From NCBI GenBank assembly GCA_963752475.1, contig CAVVYR010000032.1:1-64000 (forward strand): 64,000 bases of DNA. Direction: 5' to 3'. Below, in pieces: positions 39,336 to 49,631 of the stretch (within the stretch, counting starts at the first letter, position 1; every line of letters starts with the position of its first letter). This stretch comes from an uncultured Chloroflexia bacterium. GTDB taxonomy: Bacteria; Chloroflexota; Limnocylindria; Limnocylindrales; CSP1-4. Made by a program: the position numbers and the translations under genes. Under the pieces are notes generated by a model. It ran no database searches, was not told the DNA's origin, and worked only from the letters and a program-made list of their open reading frames with translations.

Positions 39336-41011
39336 GCGAGATCCCCCAGACCCAGGTCGCATTCCAGTTCATCGGTGCCGACGAAACGCGGCTGAGCACC
39401 GACAAGCCGGTGCCCAAGCTGGGCCCGACCCAGATCCTGTGCAAGATCGAAGCCACCGGCATCTGCTTCAGCGACACCAAGCTGCTGCACGCCTTCACCG
39501 CTCACCCGCGCAAGAGCGAGGTCCTGACCTTCCTCAGCGCGGACGAGCTGGCGGGCATCCCGAGCTACGTGCCCGGCGAGACGCCGACCGTGCCTGGGCA
39601 CGAGGCCTGCGCCCGCGTCGTGGCCGTCGGCTCCGAGGTCAAGCACCACCAGATCGGCGACCGAGCCCTCGTGCAGACCGACTACCGGCACATGCTCACG
39701 GCTGGCTCCAACGCCTCCTTCGGCTACAACTTCGAGGGCGCGCTGCAGCAGTACACGCTCATGGACGAGCGCGTGATCATCGACCCCGAGACGCAGGAGC
39801 GTTTCCTCATCCCCGTGAGTGAGGAGCCCGGCGCATCGGCCGTGGGGCTGCTCGAGCCGTGGGCCTGCGTCGAGCGCGCCTACGCCACCGAGGAGCGCGG
39901 CACGCTCAAGTCCGAGGGTAAGCTGCTGGTCGTCGCCGACGCCGGCCACGTCATCGAGGGTGTGGCCGAGCTCATCACCAGCTCCGCGCCCGCCTCGATC
40001 ACCACGGTCGTGGCGGAGAGCGCCCAGGAAGCGGCCATGGAGGCGCTGGGCACGGCCTTCGTCGACTCGATCGACGGCCTCGAAGCCGGCACCTACGACG
40101 ACATCATCTACTTCGGCTCCGACCCCGACCGCGTCGAGGCGCTGCAGCCGCTGCTGACGCTCAAGGGCGTCATCGACATCGTGCTCGGCGGCGAGACGCT
40201 GGGCCGACCGGTGAACGTCGACGTCGGGCGCGTGCATTACGACCTCACCCGCTGGGTCGGCACGACCGGCTCATCGGCCGCCGAGGGCTACAGCTGGGTG
40301 CCCGCCACCGGCGAGCTGCGCTCGGGCGAGAAGGTCGGCGTCATCGGCGCTGCCGGCCCCATGGGCTTCATGCACGTGGTGCGGGCGTTGACCGCCGGTC
40401 TGCCGGGTGTCGCCGTCGATGCCATCGATATCGACGAGGAGCGCCTGGCCCACCTCGCGAGCGTCGCCGCTCCCCTCGCCGAGGCCCGCAGCCTGACCTT
40501 CGCCGCCATCGACAGCAAGTCCCAGGAGCCGGCTGGTGGCTATACCCGTATCGGCTGCATGGTCCCGGTCCCGCCGCTGGCCGCCGGCACCGTCGACCTT
40601 GCCGCCGAGGGCGCCATCATCGACTTCTTCGCCGGTTTCGCCGTTGGCACCACGGCCCCGTTGGACCTCGATGCGATGTTGCGGAAGCGCATCTACATCC
40701 TGGGCACCAGCGGCTCGATGATCAGCGACATGAAGGCCGTGCTCGGCCGCCTGGAGGCCGGCACGCTCGATACGAACATCAGCGTCTACGCCGTCAGCGG
40801 CATGCAGGGCGTCGACGATGCCCTTGGCGCGGTCATGGCCCGCACCAGTGGCGGCAAGATCGTCATCTACCCGCAGCTGACCGAGATGGGCATGGTCACG
40901 CTGGCCCAGATGCCCGAGCGCCTGCCGGAGGTCGCTGCCGCACTCAACGACGGCCGCTGGACCAAGGCCGCCGAAGAGATCCTGCTGCAGACGGCCGGGG
41001 ACGCCGTGTGA
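39332..41011 (+). CDS. Extended Zn-dependent MDR dehydrogenase (sorbose-1-phosphate reductase-like)
   Basis: GICFSDTK, PGHE, LLEPWACV, GAAGPMG, GTSGS; 559 aa. Confidence 0.8.
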   Translation: MSEIPQTQVAFQFIGADETRLSTDKPVPKLGPTQILCKIEATGICFSDTKLLHAFTAHPRKSEVLTFLSADELAGIPSYVPGETPTVPGHEACARVVAVGSEVKHHQIGDRALVQTDYRHMLTAGSNASFGYNFEGALQQYTLMDERVIIDPETQERFLIPVSEEPGASAVGLLEPWACVERAYATEERGTLKSEGKLLVVADAGHVIEGVAELITSSAPASITTVVAESAQEAAMEALGTAFVDSIDGLEAGTYDDIIYFGSDPDRVEALQPLLTLKGVIDIVLGGETLGRPVNVDVGRVHYDLTRWVGTTGSSAAEGYSWVPATGELRSGEKVGVIGAAGPMGFMHVVRALTAGLPGVAVDAIDIDEERLAHLASVAAPLAEARSLTFAAIDSKSQEPAGGYTRIGCMVPVPPLAAGTVDLAAEGAIIDFFAGFAVGTTAPLDLDAMLRKRIYILGTSGSMISDMKAVLGRLEAGTLDTNISVYAVSGMQGVDDALGAVMARTSGGKIVIYPQLTEMGMVTLAQMPERLPEVAAALNDGRWTKAAEEILLQTAGDAV

Positions 41012-41817
41012 TGACGGCGGCCATGAGCGAGGAGACCCGGGCCGCCTTCGCCGACGAGCGGCAGGCGGAGATCGCGCGCCTCGTGGAGGAGCGTGGCCGT
41101 GCCCGGGTGACCGAGCTGGCCGAGGTCTTCGGCGTCTCCTCGGTGACCATCCGCAAGGACCTTGACACCCTCACCGACCAGGGACGCATCATCCGCACCC
41201 ACGGTGGCGCCATCGCGCCACGCGTCCGCGGGCAGGACCTGGCCTACGACGTGCGTGACCGCATGCAGCAGCCGGAGAAGGCGGCCATCGGGCGCTTGGC
41301 TGCCACCCGCGTCAACGACGGCGAGTCGATCATCGTCGACGCCAGCACGACCAGCCTCTATCTCGCCCGTGAGCTGCTGAAGCGGACGCCGGGCCAGAGC
41401 CTGACCATCGTCACCAACAGCATCCGCCTGGCCATGGAGTCTGCGGTTCGCCCCGACATCAGCGTGCTGCTCATGGGCGGCCGCGTGCGCGGTCGATCGC
41501 TCTCGCTGGTGGGCCAGCTCGGCGACGGCGTCCTGCGTCGCGTCAACGTGCAGAAGGCGTTCGTAGGCGCGGCCGGCTTCACGGCCGACGAAGGCCTCAC
41601 CGAGACGACCGAGGAAGAGGCGCAGATCAAGCGGGCCATGGTGGCTGCCGCACGCGAGGTCTACGCGCTCGTCGACAACAGCAAGTGGGGGCGCGTGGCC
41701 TCGGCCACGTTCTGCCGCCCCGAAGAAGTGACCGGCGTGTTCACCGACGCCGGCGCCCCCGAGGAGATGCTCGAGGGGCTGCAAGGGATGGGGATCGAGG
41801 TGCAGCAGCATGCCTGA
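41008..41817 (+). CDS. DeoR regulator
   Basis: VSSVTIRKDL..RTHGGA, DASTT, DNSKW. Confidence 0.92.
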   Translation: MMTAAMSEETRAAFADERQAEIARLVEERGRARVTELAEVFGVSSVTIRKDLDTLTDQGRIIRTHGGAIAPRVRGQDLAYDVRDRMQQPEKAAIGRLAATRVNDGESIIVDASTTSLYLARELLKRTPGQSLTIVTNSIRLAMESAVRPDISVLLMGGRVRGRSLSLVGQLGDGVLRRVNVQKAFVGAAGFTADEGLTETTEEEAQIKRAMVAAAREVYALVDNSKWGRVASATFCRPEEVTGVFTDAGAPEEMLEGLQGMGIEVQQHA

Positions 41818-43291
41818 CAAGGGGCGACGCTACGTCGCGCTCGACTTCGGGGCCGAAAGCGGCCGAACGATCGTCGGCACCATCGCTGACGACAAGCTCA
41901 CGGTGGAGCCGGTCCACCGCTATCCGAACGTGCCCGTGAGGATGGGTGGCACGCTCTACTGGGACTTCCCGCGGATGTTCGGCGACATGCTCGACGGCAT
42001 GCGCAAGGCCGCGGCGGATGGGCCGGTGCACTCGGTGTCGGTCGATACCTGGGGCGTCGACTACGGCTATCTCGACGCGCAGGGCCGGCTCATCGGCAAC
42101 CCCATCCACTACCGCGACACGCGCCACGAGACGATGCTCGAGGAGGCCTTCAAGGTCATCCCGCGGGACGAGCTGTACATGGCCACGGGCATCCAGTTCA
42201 TGTCCATCAACACGATCTTCCAGATGCTCAGCGAGGTGAAGGCGAAGGACCCCATCCTCGAGCAGGCCGACAAGCTGCTGATGATGCCGGACCTCTTCAA
42301 TCACTTCCTCTGCGGGGTCGACGTCTGCGAGTACACCGAGGCCACCACCGGGCAGACGGTCGATCCGTGGACCAGGGACTGGGCACGGCCCGTGCTCGAG
42401 CGCCTCGACATCCCGACGCACTTCCTGCCCGAGATCGTCCAGCCCGGCACCGAGCTGGGCACGCTGCTCAACGAGGTCGCGGACGCCACCGGATGCAAGG
42501 GCGCGACGGTGGTGGCCGGGGCCTCGCACGACACGCCGTCGGCCGTGGCCGGGGCGCCATTGGCGAGCTCGTCGACGGCCTACATCTCGTCGGGCACCTG
42601 GTCGCTCGTGGGCCTCGAGGTCACCGAGCCGGTGGTCACCGCCGCGGCCCTGGAGGCCAACGTCACCAACGAGGGTGGCTACGCCGACACCATCACGCTG
42701 CTCAAGAACTGCATGGGTCTGTGGCCGGTGCAGCAGTCGCGCAAGGCCCTCTGGCCCGGCGATGGAGCGCCCTCCTACGAGGAGATCTGCAAGCTGGCCG
42801 AGGAGGGCCCGCAGTGGACGGCCTTCGTCGACCCCGACGACCCGCGCTTCCTGTGGCCCGGCGACATGCCCACGCGCATCCGCGAGTACTGCGAGGAGAC
42901 CGGGCAGCCGGTCCCGCTCGAGACGGCCACCCTGTTCCGGGTCATCTTCGAGTCGCTCGCGCTCAAGTACACCTGGGTCGTCGAGAAGCTCAGCGCGGTC
43001 ACCGGTACCGAGATCGATCGCATCCACATCGTCGGCGGCGGCTCGCAGAACGAGCTGCTGTGCCAGATGACGGCCAACGCCAGCAAGCGCGAGGTCGTGG
43101 CCGGCCCTGTGGAGGCCACGGCCATCGGCAACATCAGCATCCAGGCCATCACATCGGGCGAACTCAGCGACCTGAGCCAGGCTCGCGAGCTCATCGCCCG
43201 CTCGTTCCCGATGAAGACCTACGAGCCCAAGGGCTTCTTCTGGCGCGAGGCCAGGGAGCGCTTCGAGGCACTCATGACCAAGGACGCCTAG
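41810..43291 (+). CDS. Rhamnulokinase-family kinase (RhaB-like)
   Basis: ALDFGAESGR, DTWGVDY, HYRD, SHDT, SSGTWSLVG, TNEGG, VAGPVEAT. Confidence 0.9.
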   Translation: MPDKGRRYVALDFGAESGRTIVGTIADDKLTVEPVHRYPNVPVRMGGTLYWDFPRMFGDMLDGMRKAAADGPVHSVSVDTWGVDYGYLDAQGRLIGNPIHYRDTRHETMLEEAFKVIPRDELYMATGIQFMSINTIFQMLSEVKAKDPILEQADKLLMMPDLFNHFLCGVDVCEYTEATTGQTVDPWTRDWARPVLERLDIPTHFLPEIVQPGTELGTLLNEVADATGCKGATVVAGASHDTPSAVAGAPLASSSTAYISSGTWSLVGLEVTEPVVTAAALEANVTNEGGYADTITLLKNCMGLWPVQQSRKALWPGDGAPSYEEICKLAEEGPQWTAFVDPDDPRFLWPGDMPTRIREYCEETGQPVPLETATLFRVIFESLALKYTWVVEKLSAVTGTEIDRIHIVGGGSQNELLCQMTANASKREVVAGPVEATAIGNISIQAITSGELSDLSQARELIARSFPMKTYEPKGFFWREARERFEALMTKDA

Positions 43292-43341
43292 CCACAAGAG
43301 AAGGAGGCCTCAGAAGGAGGCCTCGGGGAAGGGAGACGGAC

Positions 43342-44205
43342 ATGAACAAGTTCGGAGTCCACGGTCTCGTATGGAGCGGCACCTGGGGCGCGAAGGAGTG
43401 CGCCTATACCGTCGAGAGCAGCAAGGAGGCCGGCTTCGACCTCGTCGAGTTCCCGGTCTTCAGCCCCGACGAGATGGACATCCCGACCATCATCTCGTCG
43501 CTCGAGGCCAACGATATGGAGGCCACCTGCTCGCTGGGCCTCGGCTTCGACAACGACATCAACAGCGAAGACGCAGACAGCGTGGCACGCGGTGAGGAGA
43601 CGCTGATGGAGGCGCTCACCCTCGCCCAGGACATCGGTGCCAAGTACCTCGGTGGCGTCATCTTCAGCGCCCTCGGTCCGTACGGCCACGCACCTACACC
43701 CAGGAGCCGCGAGAATAGCCAGCGCGTCATCAGCAAGCTGGCCGAGAAGGCCAAGGCGGCCGGCATCACCATCGGACTCGAGTTCGTCAACCGCTATGAG
43801 TCGAACCTGCTCAACACCTCGGCGCAGACGGTCGAGTACATCAAGGAGTGCACCTCGGACAACCTCGTGGTCCACCTCGACTCGTATCACATGAACATCG
43901 AGGAGAACGACTTCCGGCAGCCCGTCTTCGACGCCGGCGACCGCCTGGGCTACGTCCACATCGGCGAGAACCACCGTGGCTACCTGGGCCAGGGCCACAT
44001 CGACTTCCCCCAGCTCTTCAAGGCTCTCGTCGATGCCGAGTACGACGGCATCATCACCTTCGAGTCATTCAGCTCGAAGGTCGTCGACGAGGACCTCACG
44101 ACCACGCTGCGCATCTGGCGGAACATGTGGGAGAACTCCATGGATCTCGCCGTCCAGGCTCGTCGCTACATGGGCGAGGAGATGGCCAAGGCAGGTGCGA
44201 AGTAG
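43342..44205 (+). CDS. Ketose 3-epimerase (D-psicose/D-tagatose 3-epimerase family)
   Basis: EFVNRYE, HLDSYHMNIEE, HIGENHRG, FESF. Confidence 0.88.
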   Translation: MNKFGVHGLVWSGTWGAKECAYTVESSKEAGFDLVEFPVFSPDEMDIPTIISSLEANDMEATCSLGLGFDNDINSEDADSVARGEETLMEALTLAQDIGAKYLGGVIFSALGPYGHAPTPRSRENSQRVISKLAEKAKAAGITIGLEFVNRYESNLLNTSAQTVEYIKECTSDNLVVHLDSYHMNIEENDFRQPVFDAGDRLGYVHIGENHRGYLGQGHIDFPQLFKALVDAEYDGIITFESFSSKVVDEDLTTTLRIWRNMWENSMDLAVQARRYMGEEMAKAGAK

Positions 44206-44337
44206 GCCATATGGACCGTCAGCCGGTGCAGGTGGTGCGCTATCCTGCAAACGATTTCATCCGAATCGGCACGCTCGCATGCAATGGCTGCCGGTCTGCC
44301 TCCGAAGTAGCAAGCCCGCAGTAGGAACCAGCACGGC

Positions 44338-45879
44338 ATGACAGCGCTGCTCGAGCTGAGCAACATCACCAAATCGTTCCCAGGGGTCAAAGCCCTCGAG
44401 GACGTCCACTTCTCCACCGATGCGGGGCAGGTCCACGCGCTCGTGGGCGAGAACGGAGCCGGGAAGTCGACCCTCATCAAGGTCATCTCCGGTGTCCATC
44501 CCGCCGACAGCGGCACCATCCGCATGAATGGCGAGGAGGTCAAGTTCGACAGCCCTCACGCCGCCCAGGACGCCGGCATCGCCACGATGTATCAGGAGCT
44601 GAGCCTCTACCCGGAGCTGACCGTGGCAGAGAACATCTTCATGGGCCACGCGCCCATGCGGAAAGCCGGTCCCACCCAGGTCATCGACTGGGGTGAGATG
44701 AACCGGCGCGCGGAAGAGATCCTGACCTCGCTCGAGATCCATGACCTCGACGTCAAGCGCAAGGTGGGCACGCTCAACGTGGGTAACCGCCAGCGTGTGG
44801 AGATCGCCAAGGCGCTCTCGCTCGACGCCAAGGTCCTGATCATGGACGAGCCTTCGGCCGCTCTCACCGAGTCCGACGTGGAGCGCCTATTCCGCATCGT
44901 GCGCCTGCTCAAGGAGCGCGGCGTGGCCATCATCTACATCAGCCATCGCCTCATCGAGGTCTTCCAGCTCGCGGACAAGGTCACGGTCCTGCGCGACGGC
45001 AAGTTCGTCGACAGCAAGCCCGTGAGCGAGACGGACGAGGACGATCTCATCAAGATGATGGTCGGCCGCACCATCACGGACCTCTTCCCCAAGCTGCCCA
45101 GCGAGGTCGGCGATCCCGTCCTGGAGGTGAAGTCGCTGAACCGCCATCCGCAGACGGAAGACGTCAGCTTCACCGTGCGCAGCGGCGAGATCGTGGGTAT
45201 GGCCGGCCTCGTAGGCTCGGGCCGCAGCGAGACGGCCCAGTGCATCTTCGGCATCCTCAAGCCGGACAGTGGCGAGATCATCGTCGAAGGCCAGGTCGCC
45301 AAGATCGGCTCGCCTCGCCGGGCCATGAAGCTGGGGATCGCCTACATCCCCGAGGACCGCGGCACCCAGGGGCTGGTGCGCGAGATGAAGATCCGCGAGA
45401 ACCTCTCGATGGCCATCCTCGACACCTTCACCCGGCTCGGCTTCGTGAGCAAGCGCGAGGAGCGCAAGTCGGGCGATGCTCTCATCGAGCAGCTCAACAT
45501 CATCGCTACCAGCGGCGAGCAGGTCGTGAACAAGCTCTCTGGCGGAAACCAGCAGAAGGTCGTGGTCGGGAAGTGGCTGGCCAGCAAACCCAGGATGCTG
45601 ATCGTGGATGAGCCTACCCGCGGCGTGGACGTCGGCGCCAAGGCGGAGATCCACCGCCTGCTCAGCGAGCTGGCACAGCAGGGCCTGGGCATCCTCATGA
45701 TCTCCAGCGAGCTGCCCGAGGTCCTGGGCATGAGCGACCGCATCCTGGTCATGCGCAACAGTCGCCTGGTGGGGGAGTTCACGCGCGCCGAGGCGACCCA
45801 GGAGAACGTGGGCGCGGCCATGATGAGCGACGCCATCGCAGCTGACGACGCGGCCGTCGCCGTAGGCGGTGCCGCATGA
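44338..45879 (+). CDS. CUT2 sugar ABC ATP-binding protein
   Basis: [29 protein letters not shown]. Confidence 0.95.
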   Translation: MTALLELSNITKSFPGVKALEDVHFSTDAGQVHALVGENGAGKSTLIKVISGVHPADSGTIRMNGEEVKFDSPHAAQDAGIATMYQELSLYPELTVAENIFMGHAPMRKAGPTQVIDWGEMNRRAEEILTSLEIHDLDVKRKVGTLNVGNRQRVEIAKALSLDAKVLIMDEPSAALTESDVERLFRIVRLLKERGVAIIYISHRLIEVFQLADKVTVLRDGKFVDSKPVSETDEDDLIKMMVGRTITDLFPKLPSEVGDPVLEVKSLNRHPQTEDVSFTVRSGEIVGMAGLVGSGRSETAQCIFGILKPDSGEIIVEGQVAKIGSPRRAMKLGIAYIPEDRGTQGLVREMKIRENLSMAILDTFTRLGFVSKREERKSGDALIEQLNIIATSGEQVVNKLSGGNQQKVVVGKWLASKPRMLIVDEPTRGVDVGAKAEIHRLLSELAQQGLGILMISSELPEVLGMSDRILVMRNSRLVGEFTRAEATQENVGAAMMSDAIAADDAAVAVGGAA

Positions 45880-46883
45880 CCGCAGCCGCCAACGCTCGCA
45901 GCAATCGCTACCTCGAGGGCGTCCGCCGTGTCCTCGGCAGCCAGGAAGGCATCCTCCTGCTGATCCTCGTGGTGCTCATCATCGGCGTCGGTCTGTACAA
46001 CCCGCGCTTCCTCAACGAGCGCAACCTGACCGACGTCTTCAACGCCAACGCCTACGTCGCCGTCGCGGCCATCGGCATCTCGATGATCATCATCACCGGC
46101 AACATCGACATCTCTTGTGGCGCCGCCATCGCCGTGCTCTGGTCGCTGTCCGGCACCATCGCCGAGGTACTCGGGACTTCAGGCTGGCCCACGGCGGTGG
46201 TCCTCGCACTCGCATGGATCGTGCCCATCTTCGCGGGCATGCTCATCAGTGCCGTCAACGGCTTCTTCGTGGCCTATCTCGGGATACCTGCCATCGTGGT
46301 CACGTTGGGCACCTTCAGTATCCTGCGTGGCGGCCTCATCTTCGTGGCCGGCGGCAACACCATCACTCAGCTGCCTGACGGCTACGGCATCGCGCAGCAG
46401 AGCATCGGCCCCTTGTCGGTGTCGATCATCATCATGATCATCCTGACGTTCGTCGCGTTCGCCTGGATGCGCTGGAGCCGTCTGGGCCGCTCGCAGTACG
46501 CCATCGGCGGTAACAAGGAGGCCGCTCGCCTCTCCGGCATCGACGTCCGCAGCTCGCTGATGAAGACGTTCATCATCGCCGGCGCCTTCTACGGCGTAGC
46601 TGGGGTGATGTACGCCACGCAGTTCAACACCATCCAGACGGTGGTCCCCGCGGGTCTCGAACTCTCGATCATCACGGCGTCGGTCGTGGGTGGCGTGTCC
46701 ATCCTCGGGGGCGTGGGGACCGTCATCGGCTCTACGTTGGCGGCCATCCTCATCCGTACCATCGGAGCCTCGCTCATCTTCGTTGACATCTCGCCGTTCT
46801 GGCTCAAGGCCATCCTCGGCGTGCTCATCCTGGTGACCGTGCTGCTGGACGTCGTCCGCAGACGGCGTCAGGAGAGGATGTAG
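45876..46883 (+). CDS. CUT2 sugar ABC permease
   Basis: GNIDIS, YAIGGNKEAARLSG. Confidence 0.93.
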   Translation: MTAAANARSNRYLEGVRRVLGSQEGILLLILVVLIIGVGLYNPRFLNERNLTDVFNANAYVAVAAIGISMIIITGNIDISCGAAIAVLWSLSGTIAEVLGTSGWPTAVVLALAWIVPIFAGMLISAVNGFFVAYLGIPAIVVTLGTFSILRGGLIFVAGGNTITQLPDGYGIAQQSIGPLSVSIIIMIILTFVAFAWMRWSRLGRSQYAIGGNKEAARLSGIDVRSSLMKTFIIAGAFYGVAGVMYATQFNTIQTVVPAGLELSIITASVVGGVSILGGVGTVIGSTLAAILIRTIGASLIFVDISPFWLKAILGVLILVTVLLDVVRRRRQERM

Positions 46884-46898
46884 AGGGGAGGTGCTGAG

Positions 46899-47930
46899 AT
46901 GACGACCGCCAACCCCACCGCCAACGGCACGACCATGAATGACCGCCTCCGCGCCATCCTCTTCCGCCAGGAGACGATCCTCTTCGTCATCCTCGTGGTC
47001 GGCGTGCTCCTGATGTCGACGCTTTCGGACGTCTTCCTGACGCCGGAGAACCTGCTCAACCAGGGCCGGTTGGCCACAGAGATCGCGTTGATCGCCCTGC
47101 CCATGACGCTGATCATCATCACCGGCGGCATCGACCTCTCGGTCGGCTCCATCGCCGGGCTCACGGCCATCATGCTGGGCGTGGCCTGGAACAGCTGGGG
47201 GCTGCCTCTCGAGGTAGCTGTCGCGGTGGCGCTCATCATCGCCACCGCCTGCGGTGCCTTCAACGCCTTCTTCATCGTGAAGGTCGGGCTACCACCACTG
47301 ATCACCACCCTCGCCACGCTGGCCCTGTTCCGCGGTCTCGCGGAGGGCATCGCTCAGGGACGGTCCGTGCGCGGCTATCCCGATTGGTTCTTCATCCTGG
47401 GCCAGAAGGACTTCGACCTCTTCGGCCTCGCCAGTATCCCCAACCAGCTCTTCCTGGTGGTCATCAGCATCACCATCATCGGCGCCGCGCTGGCGTGGAC
47501 GCCGTTCGGGCGCTCGCTCTACGCCATCGGCAACAACGAGACGGGCGCTCGCTTCAGCGGCATGCCCGTATTCCGCAACAAGTTCATCATCTACACGTTG
47601 TCGGGCTTCATGTCGGGCCTCGCCGGCTGGGTCTTCGTCTCGCGCGTGAGCACCACGCGCCAGGACATGGGCACCGGCTGGGAGCTGACCGCCATCACCG
47701 CAGTGGTCGTGGGTGGCACCAGCATCTTCGGCGGCAGTGGCACTATCGTTGGCACCGTCCTGGGCCTGGTGCTGATCCAGCTGATGCGCAACGGACTCGC
47801 GCTGGCGGGCGCCAAGGGCGACGCCACCACCATCGTCGTCGGCCTCGTGCTCATCGGCGCAGTGCTCATCAACACGTTCATAACCAATCCGCCCGAACGG
47901 ATCAAGCGACTCCTACCGTCACGCAGCTAG
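46899..47930 (+). CDS. CUT2 sugar ABC permease
   Basis: GGIDLSVG, YAIGNN..ARFSG, GGTSIFGG. Confidence 0.93.
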   Translation: MTTANPTANGTTMNDRLRAILFRQETILFVILVVGVLLMSTLSDVFLTPENLLNQGRLATEIALIALPMTLIIITGGIDLSVGSIAGLTAIMLGVAWNSWGLPLEVAVAVALIIATACGAFNAFFIVKVGLPPLITTLATLALFRGLAEGIAQGRSVRGYPDWFFILGQKDFDLFGLASIPNQLFLVVISITIIGAALAWTPFGRSLYAIGNNETGARFSGMPVFRNKFIIYTLSGFMSGLAGWVFVSRVSTTRQDMGTGWELTAITAVVVGGTSIFGGSGTIVGTVLGLVLIQLMRNGLALAGAKGDATTIVVGLVLIGAVLINTFITNPPERIKRLLPSRS

Positions 47931-48043
47931 AGCTCATGGGCTCATTCGAGAGGAGGTGCCGACCAGCCACAGCCCAGCCAGGTCCATAAGAGGGACCGCT
48001 GATCGTCCAACTTCGATCACATCTGGAGGAGATGTACCGCAAC

Positions 48044-49156
48044 ATGCGAAAGCCAATCGTTCTTCTGACCACGATGGCCCTGACCCTGGGGTCCGTTGGC
48101 GCCGTCGGCGCTGCCTGGGATGGTGGCGACGACCTGCCGACCAGCCCGCTCAACTGCCCGGGCGAGGATCCGCCCGCAGCGCCACCCGCCGGCGACTACG
48201 ACGGCGGCATGGTCCAGAACCCGGTCGCCCAGCCCGGTGACGACCTGACCCTGGTCGACATCCCCAAGCTCATCGGCATCGGCTACTTCAACGCCACCGC
48301 GCAGGGCATGCAGGAAGCTGCAGTCGAGCTCGGCAACGTCGAGGTCATCAACGACGGCCCGACCCAGGCCAACATCGATGAGCAGATCACCTTCATCGAC
48401 AACTACATCACCCAGGGCGTGGACGGCGTGCTCTTCGCCGCCAACGACCCCGTGGCCATCGGCCCGGTGCTGCAGAAGGCCCTTGAGAACGGCGTGCGCG
48501 TCGTCGGTTACGACGCCAACTCCGTGCCCGAGGCTCGCGAGTGGTTCATCAACCAGGCGCCGTTCGCCCCGATCGCCAAGACCATGATCGACAGCCTCGT
48601 GGCCGAGCAGGGCGAGGAAGCCTCCTTCGGCATCGTCACCTCGACCTTCACCACGCCCAACCAGGCGCGCTGGATCGCCGAGATGGAAGCCTATGCCTCC
48701 AAGTGCTATCCGAACATGACCTGGCTCGAGACGCTCGAGGCCCAGGAGGACTACCCGCTCTCCTTCAGCCAGGCCCAGACGCTCATCAACAAGTACGGCG
48801 ACGACATGAACGGCATCTTCGGTATGACGTCGGTGGCCACGCCGGCCGCTGCCGATGCGGTCACCCAGGCTGACGCCTGTGGCTCGGTCTCCGTCGTCGG
48901 TCTGGCCACCCCCAACGAGATGCGCCCGTTCGTCGAGAGCGGCTGCGTCGAGTCGGTCGTGCTCTGGAACCCGGTCGACCTTGGCTACGCCTCGGTCTAC
49001 GTCACCCGCGCCATCGTCGACGGCGAGTTCGGCCCTGGCGACACCAGCGTCAGCGCTGGCAGGCTCGGTGACCTCGTGGTCGTGAACGGCTCCGAGGTCC
49101 TCCTCGGCGACCCGTTCGTGTTCACCCCCGAGAACATCGGCGACTTCGACTTCTAG
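48044..49156 (+). CDS. RhaS/LsrB-like sugar-binding protein
   Basis: Signal peptide; PKLIGIGYF, PNQARW, GLATPN, LWNPVDLGY. Confidence 0.88.
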   Translation: MRKPIVLLTTMALTLGSVGAVGAAWDGGDDLPTSPLNCPGEDPPAAPPAGDYDGGMVQNPVAQPGDDLTLVDIPKLIGIGYFNATAQGMQEAAVELGNVEVINDGPTQANIDEQITFIDNYITQGVDGVLFAANDPVAIGPVLQKALENGVRVVGYDANSVPEAREWFINQAPFAPIAKTMIDSLVAEQGEEASFGIVTSTFTTPNQARWIAEMEAYASKCYPNMTWLETLEAQEDYPLSFSQAQTLINKYGDDMNGIFGMTSVATPAAADAVTQADACGSVSVVGLATPNEMRPFVESGCVESVVLWNPVDLGYASVYVTRAIVDGEFGPGDTSVSAGRLGDLVVVNGSEVLLGDPFVFTPENIGDFDF

Positions 49157-49196
49157 TCCTGCCGGCGGGTCTCCCGCCACGGTCTAGTCACCAACG

Positions 49197-49230
49197 ACGC
49201 CGGGGTGCCGCAGAGGCGCCCCGGCGTTTT
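49197..49230 (+). terminator. Intrinsic terminator
   Basis: ACGCCGGGGTGCC-GCAGA-GGCGCCCCGGCGT followed by T-run. Confidence 0.8.
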
Positions 49231-49631
49231 CGTATGCCCTTGCCTGACTCGGCCGCCTGAGGGTGCCTGCGCCGCGCCGGCCCACGCTGTGTCCGATCAC
49301 GCTGGGTCGCGAACAACTGGTCGGATGTTGCGAACAATTGGCCAGATGTTCCCTGGGGCGGCCTTGGCCAGGAGAACGACACGCGCCGCGCGATCCGAAT
49401 GCATCGTCATGCGCTCCAAGCCCATCGACGGGGCCGACATGCACGTCGTCTGCATCGACATGCACCATGGCCCGGTATGGCAGCACCACTGTCTGGCCTA
49501 AGGCCACCTGGGGTGCCATTCGACCAGGAAGTCGGAGAGCCTCGGCTCCGATGACTGGACTCGGCGCCCAGGTAGCCTCGCCACGCGCGTGCCGACGCTG
49601 AATCGTTCCTCACGTACCCGCCGCGCGGGGG

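Noticed and set aside
41810-49156. Assigning rhaB and rhaSTPQ gene symbols
   Set aside because: Family membership is clear but the substrate is not, given the atypical partner enzymes
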